NCBI GenBank assembly: GCA_043228905.1
Contig: JBHGNT010000253.1
Coordinates: 1 to 44,614 of the forward strand
Reading direction: 5' to 3'
DNA from: Azolla caroliniana
Taxonomy: Eukaryota > Plantae > Polypodiophyta
Length of the DNA: 44,614 nt
Position 1 is the stretch's first letter; each line of letters opens with the position of its first letter. This document shows positions 1-8,315 of this stretch, one piece after another. The notes beneath the pieces were generated by a model. That model was given only the letters and a program-made list of their open reading frames with translations. It was not told where the DNA came from and did not search any database. A program made the position numbers and the translations under genes.

Positions 1-285
1 CGTCAAACGTCGATGCCATCACAATGTTGTATTGAAGCCACCCTCATACAATGCCGTGTCTCGCCGTACCATGATGTGCGCAATAGTAGTGGCTGATCGT
101 AACTCCTACTACAAACATGATTCCACATGAAATTCCCATGTCTATCTACCATTTTCATCATCGTGTGAACCAACCAACCCACGCATGTTTCACCTAGAAA
201 TGTTGTCCTTGAATGGTGCCACCTTCATATTCCTCCGGTGGTTGCAGCGTCCACAACGACGACGGATCTTGTAATCACAATGAAA

Positions 286-294
286 ACGCGTGTC
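286..294 (+). promoter_or_regulatory. CE3-like ABA coupling element ACGCGTGTC (copy 1; recurs in the other units)
   Basis: Matches the core of the barley HVA1 CE3 element and lies about 530 bp upstream of the ATG. Function is inferred from motif match only. Confidence 0.45.
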
Positions 295-618
295 GTCGTC
301 CGTATGTTGGTCGCAATGGATTCTAAACCCCCTCGTGGCCACAACCACCGATAACGTTTTCGTGGAGAGAACCAACACCCTAAAAACCTTTTCTCACCAC
401 CTTATCCTCGTTTTACGAGGCCCATACGCACTCTACAACCTCAATGGCATCACATGTGTAGGTGGCTATCATGAGGTTACATACTGTCTACGTTGCAATA
501 TGGACGAAGCGTCCATAGGTTAGTAGATTTGAAATGCCCAAGTGCATAATCCCACTCCTGGTGTGATGGAGGTGAGTATAGGGCTAGTGATATGGTAGGT
601 CGAAGCAGGAGGATCCTG

Positions 619-626
619 GACACGTA
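619..626 (-). promoter_or_regulatory. ABRE (TACGTGTC on the minus strand; copy 1, recurs in the other units)
   Basis: GACACGTA on the + strand is the canonical PyACGTG(G/T)C ABRE on the - strand, about 120 bp upstream of the TATA box. Confidence 0.65.
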
Positions 627-702
627 AAGGGGGGTGGATAAAAGTGAATGGTCTCTTCCGTGGCCCAAGTATGGATCATGCCATTAACGTCTATAGGAAT
701 GG

Positions 703-708
703 ACGTGG
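703..708 (+). promoter_or_regulatory. ABRE/G-box-like ACGTGG next to the RY pair (copy 1)
   Basis: GGACGTGGGA ends just upstream of the first RY element, resembling the RY/G-box composite of seed storage protein promoters. Confidence 0.55.
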
Positions 709-715
709 GAAGGGA

Positions 716-738
716 CATGCATGTACTAGACATGCATG
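716..738 (+). promoter_or_regulatory. Two RY/Sph elements (CATGCATG at 716-723 and 731-738), B3-domain ABI3/VP1/FUS3/LEC2-type sites (copy 1, recurs in the other units)
   Basis: Two perfect CATGCATG octamers 15 bp apart, ending 8 bp before the TATA box. Confidence 0.85.
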
Positions 739-746
739 GCCTTGTG

Positions 747-753
747 TATATAA
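747..753 (+). promoter_or_regulatory. TATA box TATATAA (copy 1, recurs in the other units)
   Basis: Starts 73 bp upstream of the ATG. The start codon lies in a plant-like context (acaagcaATGGCG). Confidence 0.85.
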
Positions 754-819
754 GGGTGGATCAACCATGACACACTCAAATAGGCGGAGAGAGAACCGGG
801 GTAGTTCCGAACACAAGCA

Positions 820-1857
820 ATGGCGAAGCTCACTATCATATTCCTCATGGCGGTTATCATGCTAGCCGCCTGCGGCGCGGCCAATGCTAGATCTGTAGGA
901 CGGGATCGCGAAGAGGAGAGGCGCGATCGACGTAGGGAGGAGGATGTCGACGAGGAGAGGCGCAGCGGACGTCGTGAGGGATCCATCGATGAGAGGCGCT
1001 ACAGAGACAACAAGAGAGAGTCGGATGAGGACCGGGATCGTCGCAGTCACGATCGCGATGAGCCACGTGAGGAGAGGCGCGATCGACGCAGGGAGGAGGA
1101 TTTCGATGAGGAGAGGCGCGGGGGACGTCGCGAGGGGTCCATCGAGGAGGGGCGCTACGGAGACAACAAGAGAGAGTCCGAAGAGGAACGGGATCGTCGC
1201 GGTCGCGATCGTGATGAGTCACGTGACGAGAGGCGCGATCGACGCAGGGAGGAGGATGTCGAGCAGGAGAGGCGCGACCGACGTCGTGAAGGATCCCTCG
1301 ATGAAGGACGTCGCAGAGACAACAAGAGAGAGTCCGAAGAGGAACGGGATCGTCGCGGCCGCGATCGCGATGAGCCACGAGACCGAGAGTTGAGGCAAGA
1401 GTGCCAAAACTTCGTCGATAGGCAGGTCCGCCACCTACAAGAACGTAATGAGAAGGAAGAACGTGGACGAAGCCGTCGCACCTCTTGGGATGAAATCAGC
1501 CGATATGCAAGGCCCTCCGAAAGATGCTGCAGGAACGTGGAACAAATCCCCGTAGAAGAGCGTTGCAACCGCCTCCGCGAGGCCTTATACATTAGCGGAG
1601 AAGAGGCACGCAATGATGGTCACCGCCATAACCAAGTGTCAAGGGAACGTCGTCAATGGGAAGAGGATGCCGAGCGAGAGAGAGACAGTAGCGAGCGCGA
1701 GGAGGACGAGCGCCGTTATCGCATGACCGGACGACAAGATGAGGAACAACGTCGTCGTTTCAAGGCCGGTGAGGAGGAACAACTTCTAAGCGTGGCAACC
1801 TCTCGCCTTCTCCAACAATGTGATCTTCGCCCACGCGCTTGTATTCGCCACTTTTAA
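820..1857 (+). CDS. Secreted Arg/Glu/Asp-rich prolamin-superfamily (2S albumin-like) storage protein precursor, 345 aa, copy 1 (R59, N271)
   Basis: Intronless ORF with a hydrophobic signal peptide ending in ANA|RS, 3x52-aa charged repeats and a C-Xn-CC-X11-C-Xn-C-X6-C skeleton, behind an RY/ABRE/TATA promoter. Confidence 0.9.
   Translation: MAKLTIIFLMAVIMLAACGAANARSVGRDREEERRDRRREEDVDEERRSGRREGSIDERRYRDNKRESDEDRDRRSHDRDEPREERRDRRREEDFDEERRGGRREGSIEEGRYGDNKRESEEERDRRGRDRDESRDERRDRRREEDVEQERRDRRREGSLDEGRRRDNKRESEEERDRRGRDRDEPRDRELRQECQNFVDRQVRHLQERNEKEERGRSRRTSWDEISRYARPSERCCRNVEQIPVEERCNRLREALYISGEEARNDGHRHNQVSRERRQWEEDAERERDSSEREEDERRYRMTGRQDEEQRRRFKAGEEEQLLSVATSRLLQQCDLRPRACIRHF
913..1380 (+). 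repeat. Intragenic tandem repeat, 3 x 156 bp (52 aa), each made of 4 x 39-bp (13-aa) subunits; present in every gene copy
   Basis: Repeat starts at 913, 1069 and 1225 (gaggagaggcgcgatcgacg / gacgagaggcgcgatcgacg), encoding aa 32-187. Confidence 0.95.
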
Positions 1858-1982
1858 AGAACGTACATAACTTTTTCAACTATACACTTTCTGAACATCG
1901 TAAATGTAAATGGTGTGCTCTGTGTGGTGTCTTGACGTTCTCATAACCCTCTCAATCATATTTCTCCCACGCTCGCGCACAA

Positions 1983-2002
1983 CACGCACGCACGCACGCA
2001 CG
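1983..2002 (+). repeat. (CACG)5 microsatellite in the 3' flank (copy 1)
   Basis: cacgcacgcacgcacgcacg. The first repeat reads catg in copies 15-20. Confidence 0.85.
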
Positions 2003-2108
2003 ATCAGGTCGCGTGCCCTCGCTCGCTCATTGCACAAGCAAAATGAAACTCCACGCACACATGATTAGGTAACGTGCCCACACGCACACTACCCACTCCC
2101 ACCCTACC

Positions 2109-2144
2109 TATATCTATCTCTATCCATCTATCGCTATCTCTCTC
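2109..2144 (+). repeat. Degenerate (TATC)n/(TC)n simple repeat in the spacer (copy 1)
   Basis: tatatctatctctatccatctatcgctatctctctc. Confidence 0.7.
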
Positions 2145-2980
2145 ACGAGCAACGCGAAACTCGTCAAACGTCGATGCCATCACAATGTTGTATTGAAGCC
2201 ACCCTCATACAATGCCGTGTCTCGCCGTACCATGATGTGCGCAATAGTAGTGGCTGATCGTAACTCCTACTACAAACATGATTCCACATGAAATTCCCAT
2301 GTCTATCTACCATTTTCATCATCGTGTGAACCAACCAACCCACGCATGTTTCACCTAGAAATGTTGTCCTTGAATGGTGCCACCTTCATATTCCTCCGGT
2401 GGTTGCAGCGTCCACAACGACGACGGATCTTGTAATCACAATGAAAACGCGTGTCGTCGTCCGTATGTTGGTCGCAATGGATTCTAAACCCCCTCGTGGC
2501 CACAACCACCGATAACGTTTTCGTGGAGAGAACCAACACCCTAAAAACCTTTTCTCACCACCTTATCCTCGTTTTACGAGGCCCATACGCACTCTACAAC
2601 CTCAATGGCATCACATGTGTAGGTGGCTATCATGAGGTTACATACTGTCTACGTTGCAATATGGACGAAGCGTCCATAGGTTAGTAGATTTGAAATGCCC
2701 AAGTGCATAATCCCACTCCTGGTGTGATGGAGGTGAGTATAGGGCTAGTGATATGGTAGGTCGAAGCAGGAGGATCCTGGACACGTAAAGGGGGGTGGAT
2801 AAAAGTGAATGGTCTCTTCCGTGGCCCAAGTATGGATCATGCCATTAACGTCTATAGGAATGGACGTGGGAAGGGACATGCATGTACTAGACATGCATGG
2901 CCTTGTGTATATAAGGGTGGATCAACCATGACACACTCAAATAGGCGGAGAGAGAACCGGGGTAGTTCCGAACACAAGCA

Positions 2981-3993
2981 ATGGCGAAGCTCACTATCAT
3001 ATTCCTCATGGCGGTTATCATGCTAGCCGCCTGCGGCGCGGCCAATGCTAGATCTGTAGGACGGGATCGCGAAGAGGAGAGGCGCGATCGACGTAGGGAG
3101 GAGGATGTCGACGAGGAGAGGCGCAGCGGACGTCGTGAGGGATCCATCGATGAGAGGCGCTACAGAGACAACAAGAGAGAGTCGGATGAGGACCGGGATC
3201 GTCGCAGTCACGATCGCGATGAGCCACGTGAGGAGAGGCGCGATCGACGCAGGGAGGAGGATTTCGATGAGGAGAGGCGCGGGGGACGTCGCGAGGGGTC
3301 CATCGAGGAGGGGCGCTACGGAGACAACAAGAGAGAGTCCGAAGAGGAACGGGATCGTCGCGGTCGCGATCGTGATGAGTCACGTGACGAGAGGCGCGAT
3401 CGACGCAGGGAGGAGGATGTCGAGCAGGAGAGGCGCGACCGACGTCGTGAAGGATCCCTCGATGAAGGACGTCGCAGAGACAACAAGAGAGAGTCCGAAG
3501 AGGAACGGGATCGTCGCGGCCGCGATCGCGATGAGCCACGAGACCGAGAGTTGAAAGGCAGGTCCGCCACCTACAAGAACGTAATGAGAAGGAAGAACGT
3601 GGACGAAGCCGTCGCACCTCTTGGGATGAAATCAGCCGATATGCAAGGCCCTCCGAAAGATGCTGCAGGAACGTGGAACAAATCCCCGTAGAAGAGCGTT
3701 GCAACCGCCTCCGCGAGGCCTTATACATTAGCGGAGAAGAGGCACGCAATGATGGTCACCGCCATAACCAAGTGTCAAGGGAACGTCGTCAATGGGAAGA
3801 GGATGCCGAGCGAGAGAGAGACAGTAGCGAGCGCGAGGAGGACGAGCGCCGTTATCGCATGACCGGACGACAAGATGAGGAACAACGTCGTCGTTTCAAG
3901 GCCGGTGAGGAGGAACAACTTCTAAGCGTGGCAACCTCTCGCCTTCTCCAACAATGTGATCTTCGCCCACGCGCTTGTATTCGCCACTTTTAA
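2981..3993 (+). pseudogene. Copy 2, frameshifted by a net 25-bp deletion near 3554 that removes Cys195
   Basis: ttgaggcaagagtgccaaaacttcgtcgataggcagg is replaced by ttgaaaggcagg, and the ORF stops at 3691 (236 aa). This could be a real lesion or a consensus error. Confidence 0.6.
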
Positions 3994-5116
3994 AGAACGT
4001 ACATAACTTTTTCAACTATACACTTTCTGAACATCGTAAATGTAAATGGTGTGCTCTGTGTGGTGTCTTGACGTTCTCATAACCCTCTCAATCATATTTC
4101 TCCCACGCTCGCGCACAACACGCACGCACGCACGCACGATCAGGTCGCGTGCCCTCGCTCGCTCATTGCACAAGCAAAATGAAACTCCACGCACACATGA
4201 TTAGGTAACGTGCCCACACGCACACTACCCACTCCCACCCTACCTATATCTATCTCTATCCATCTATCGCTATCTCTCTCACGAGCAACGCGAAACTCGT
4301 CAAACGTCGATGCCATCACAATGTTGTATTGAAGCCACCCTCATACAATGCCGTGTCTCGCCGTACCATGATGTGCGCAATAGTAGTGGCTGATCGTAAC
4401 TCCTACTACAAACATGATTCCACATGAAATTCCCATGTCTATCTACCATTTTCATCATCGTGTGAACCAACCAACCCACGCATGTTTCACCTAGAAATGT
4501 TGTCCTTGAATGGTGCCACCTTCATATTCCTCCGGTGGTTGCAGCGTCCACAACGACGACGGATCTTGTAATCACAATGAAAACGCGTGTCGTCGTCCGT
4601 ATGTTGGTCGCAATGGATTCTAAACCCCCTCGTGGCCACAACCACCGATAACGTTTTCGTGGAGAGAACCAACACCCTAAAAACCTTTTCTCACCACCTT
4701 ATCCTCGTTTTACGAGGCCCATACGCACTCTACAACCTCAATGGCATCACATGTGTAGGTGGCTATCATGAGGTTACATACTGTCTACGTTGCAATATGG
4801 ACGAAGCGTCCATAGGTTAGTAGATTTGAAATGCCCAAGTGCATAATCCCACTCCTGGTGTGATGGAGGTGAGTATAGGGCTAGTGATATGGTAGGTCGA
4901 AGCAGGAGGATCCTGGACACGTAAAGGGGGGTGGATAAAAGTGAATGGTCTCTTCCGTGGCCCAAGTATGGATCATGCCATTAACGTCTATAGGAATGGA
5001 CGTGGGAAGGGACATGCATGTACTAGACATGCATGGCCTTGTGTATATAAGGGTGGATCAACCATGACACACTCAAATAGGCGGAGAGAGAACCGGGGTA
5101 GTTCCGAACACAAGCA

Positions 5117-6154
5117 ATGGCGAAGCTCACTATCATATTCCTCATGGCGGTTATCATGCTAGCCGCCTGCGGCGCGGCCAATGCTAGATCTGTAGGACGG
5201 GATCGCGAAGAGGAGAGGCGCGATCGACGTAGGGAGGAGGATGTCGACGAGGAGAGGCGCAGCGGACGTCGTGAGGGATCCATCGATGAGAGGCGCTACA
5301 GAGACAACAAGAGAGAGTCGGATGAGGACCGGGATCGTCGCAGTCACGATCGCGATGAGCCACGTGAGGAGAGGCGCGATCGACGCAGGGAGGAGGATTT
5401 CGATGAGGAGAGGCGCGGGGGACGTCGCGAGGGGTCCATCGAGGAGGGGCGCTACGGAGACAACAAGAGAGAGTCCGAAGAGGAACGGGATCGTCGCGGT
5501 CGCGATCGTGATGAGTCACGTGACGAGAGGCGCGATCGACGCAGGGAGGAGGATGTCGAGCAGGAGAGGCGCGACCGACGTCGTGAAGGATCCCTCGATG
5601 AAGGACGTCGCAGAGACAACAAGAGAGAGTCCGAAGAGGAACGGGATCGTCGCGGCCGCGATCGCGATGAGCCACGAGACCGAGAGTTGAGGCAAGAGTG
5701 CCAAAACTTCGTCGATAGGCAGGTCCGCCACCTACAAGAACGTAATGAGAAGGAAGAACGTGGACGAAGCCGTCGCACCTCTTGGGATGAAATCAGCCGA
5801 TATGCAAGGCCCTCCGAAAGATGCTGCAGGAACGTGGAACAAATCCCCGTAGAAGAGCGTTGCAACCGCCTCCGCGAGGCCTTATACATTAGCGGAGAAG
5901 AGGCACGCAATGATGGTCACCGCCATAACCAAGTGTCAAGGGAACGTCGTCAATGGGAAGAGGATGCCGAGCGAGAGAGAGACAGTAGCGAGCGCGAGGA
6001 GGACGAGCGCCGTTATCGCATGACCGGACGACAAGATGAGGAACAACGTCGTCGTTTCAAGGCCGGTGAGGAGGAACAACTTCTAAGCGTGGCAACCTCT
6101 CGCCTTCTCCAACAATGTGATCTTCGCCCACGCGCTTGTATTCGCCACTTTTAA
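5117..6154 (+). CDS. 2S albumin-like Arg-rich storage protein, copy 3 (R59, N271)
   Basis: 345-aa ORF identical to copy 1. Confidence 0.9.
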   Translation: MAKLTIIFLMAVIMLAACGAANARSVGRDREEERRDRRREEDVDEERRSGRREGSIDERRYRDNKRESDEDRDRRSHDRDEPREERRDRRREEDFDEERRGGRREGSIEEGRYGDNKRESEEERDRRGRDRDESRDERRDRRREEDVEQERRDRRREGSLDEGRRRDNKRESEEERDRRGRDRDEPRDRELRQECQNFVDRQVRHLQERNEKEERGRSRRTSWDEISRYARPSERCCRNVEQIPVEERCNRLREALYISGEEARNDGHRHNQVSRERRQWEEDAERERDSSEREEDERRYRMTGRQDEEQRRRFKAGEEEQLLSVATSRLLQQCDLRPRACIRHF

Positions 6155-7277
6155 AGAACGTACATAACTTTTTCAACTATACACTTTCTGAACATCGTAA
6201 ATGTAAATGGTGTGCTCTGTGTGGTGTCTTGACGTTCTCATAACCCTCTCAATCATATTTCTCCCACGCTCGCGCACAACACGCACGCACGCACGCACGA
6301 TCAGGTCGCGTGCCCTCGCTCGCTCATTGCACAAGCAAAATGAAACTCCACGCACACATGATTAGGTAACGTGCCCACACGCACACTACCCACTCCCACC
6401 CTACCTATATCTATCTCTATCCATCTATCGCTATCTCTCTCACGAGCAACGCGAAACTCGTCAAACGTCGATGCCATCACAATGTTGTATTGAAGCCACC
6501 CTCATACAATGCCGTGTCTCGCCGTACCATGATGTGCGCAATAGTAGTGGCTGATCGTAACTCCTACTACAAACATGATTCCACATGAAATTCCCATGTC
6601 TATCTACCATTTTCATCATCGTGTGAACCAACCAACCCACGCATGTTTCACCTAGAAATGTTGTCCTTGAATGGTGCCACCTTCATATTCCTCCGGTGGT
6701 TGCAGCGTCCACAACGACGACGGATCTTGTAATCACAATGAAAACGCGTGTCGTCGTCCGTATGTTGGTCGCAATGGATTCTAAACCCCCTCGTGGCCAC
6801 AACCACCGATAACGTTTTCGTGGAGAGAACCAACACCCTAAAAACCTTTTCTCACCACCTTATCCTCGTTTTACGAGGCCCATACGCACTCTACAACCTC
6901 AATGGCATCACATGTGTAGGTGGCTATCATGAGGTTACATACTGTCTACGTTGCAATATGGACGAAGCGTCCATAGGTTAGTAGATTTGAAATGCCCAAG
7001 TGCATAATCCCACTCCTGGTGTGATGGAGGTGAGTATAGGGCTAGTGATATGGTAGGTCGAAGCAGGAGGATCCTGGACACGTAAAGGGGGGTGGATAAA
7101 AGTGAATGGTCTCTTCCGTGGCCCAAGTATGGATCATGCCATTAACGTCTATAGGAATGGACGTGGGAAGGGACATGCATGTACTAGACATGCATGGCCT
7201 TGTGTATATAAGGGTGGATCAACCATGACACACTCAAATAGGCGGAGAGAGAACCGGGGTAGTTCCGAACACAAGCA

Positions 7278-8315
7278 ATGGCGAAGCTCACTATCATATT
7301 CCTCATGGCGGTTATCATGCTAGCCGCCTGCGGCGCGGCCAATGCTAGATCTGTAGGACGGGATCGCGAAGAGGAGAGGCGCGATCGACGTAGGGAGGAG
7401 GATGTCGACGAGGAGAGGCGCAGCGGACGTCGTGAGGGATCCATCGATGAGAGGCGCTACAGAGACAACAAGAGAGAGTCGGATGAGGACCGGGATCGTC
7501 GCAGTCACGATCGCGATGAGCCACGTGAGGAGAGGCGCGATCGACGCAGGGAGGAGGATTTCGATGAGGAGAGGCGCGGGGGACGTCGCGAGGGGTCCAT
7601 CGAGGAGGGGCGCTACGGAGACAACAAGAGAGAGTCCGAAGAGGAACGGGATCGTCGCGGTCGCGATCGTGATGAGTCACGTGACGAGAGGCGCGATCGA
7701 CGCAGGGAGGAGGATGTCGAGCAGGAGAGGCGCGACCGACGTCGTGAAGGATCCCTCGATGAAGGACGTCGCAGAGACAACAAGAGAGAGTCCGAAGAGG
7801 AACGGGATCGTCGCGGCCGCGATCGCGATGAGCCACGAGACCGAGAGTTGAGGCAAGAGTGCCAAAACTTCGTCGATAGGCAGGTCCGCCACCTACAAGA
7901 ACGTAATGAGAAGGAAGAACGTGGACGAAGCCGTCGCACCTCTTGGGATGAAATCAGCCGATATGCAAGGCCCTCCGAAAGATGCTGCAGGAACGTGGAA
8001 CAAATCCCCGTAGAAGAGCGTTGCAACCGCCTCCGCGAGGCCTTATACATTAGCGGAGAAGAGGCACGCAATGATGGTCACCGCCATAACCAAGTGTCAA
8101 GGGAACGTCGTCAATGGGAAGAGGATGCCGAGCGAGAGAGAGACAGTAGCGAGCGCGAGGAGGACGAGCGCCGTTATCGCATGACCGGACGACAAGATGA
8201 GGAACAACGTCGTCGTTTCAAGGCCGGTGAGGAGGAACAACTTCTAAGCGTGGCAACCTCTCGCCTTCTCCAACAATGTGATCTTCGCCCACGCGCTTGT
8301 ATTCGCCACTTTTAA
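7278..8315 (+). CDS. 2S albumin-like Arg-rich storage protein, copy 4 (R59, N271)
   Basis: 345-aa ORF identical to copy 1. Confidence 0.9.
   Translation: MAKLTIIFLMAVIMLAACGAANARSVGRDREEERRDRRREEDVDEERRSGRREGSIDERRYRDNKRESDEDRDRRSHDRDEPREERRDRRREEDFDEERRGGRREGSIEEGRYGDNKRESEEERDRRGRDRDESRDERRDRRREEDVEQERRDRRREGSLDEGRRRDNKRESEEERDRRGRDRDEPRDRELRQECQNFVDRQVRHLQERNEKEERGRSRRTSWDEISRYARPSERCCRNVEQIPVEERCNRLREALYISGEEARNDGHRHNQVSRERRQWEEDAERERDSSEREEDERRYRMTGRQDEEQRRRFKAGEEEQLLSVATSRLLQQCDLRPRACIRHF

Noticed and set aside
190-865. Short spacer ORFs (62-77 aa), including one spanning the promoter
   Set aside because: They are short, mostly start at non-ATG codons, have no recognisable motifs and overlap promoter elements. 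The ATG at 767 probably lies upstream of the expected transcription start.
862-876. LAAC-G in the N-terminus resembles a bacterial lipoprotein lipobox
   Set aside because: The context is eukaryotic (TATA box, RY/ABRE motifs, plant-like start context, plant Cys skeleton), and an A-N-A signal peptidase I site follows. The match is probably coincidental.
913-1380. RD/RE-rich splicing-factor-like (U1-70K/SR-related) or trichohyalin-like protein
   Set aside because: The similarity is compositional only. The signal peptide, disulfide-type Cys pattern and lack of an RRM point to a secretory-pathway protein.
726-1613. Overlapping antisense and alternative-frame ORFs (62-163 aa), repeated in each unit
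   Set aside because: They are shadows of the GC-rich, repetitive, stop-poor CDS. They show no recognisable domain or promoter, and their recurrence only reflects the array.
1858-2060. Polyadenylation signal
   Set aside because: I found no canonical AATAAA. Candidates (taaatgtaaat at about 1901, AATGAA at 2042) are too weak to call without 3' RACE.
1-2161. Unit as a circular ssDNA virus/satellite or plasmid read as a rolling-circle concatemer
   Set aside because: There is no Rep or capsid ORF and I saw no nonanucleotide stem-loop origin. The only gene is a secreted plant-type protein, and block-wise SNPs argue against a single template.
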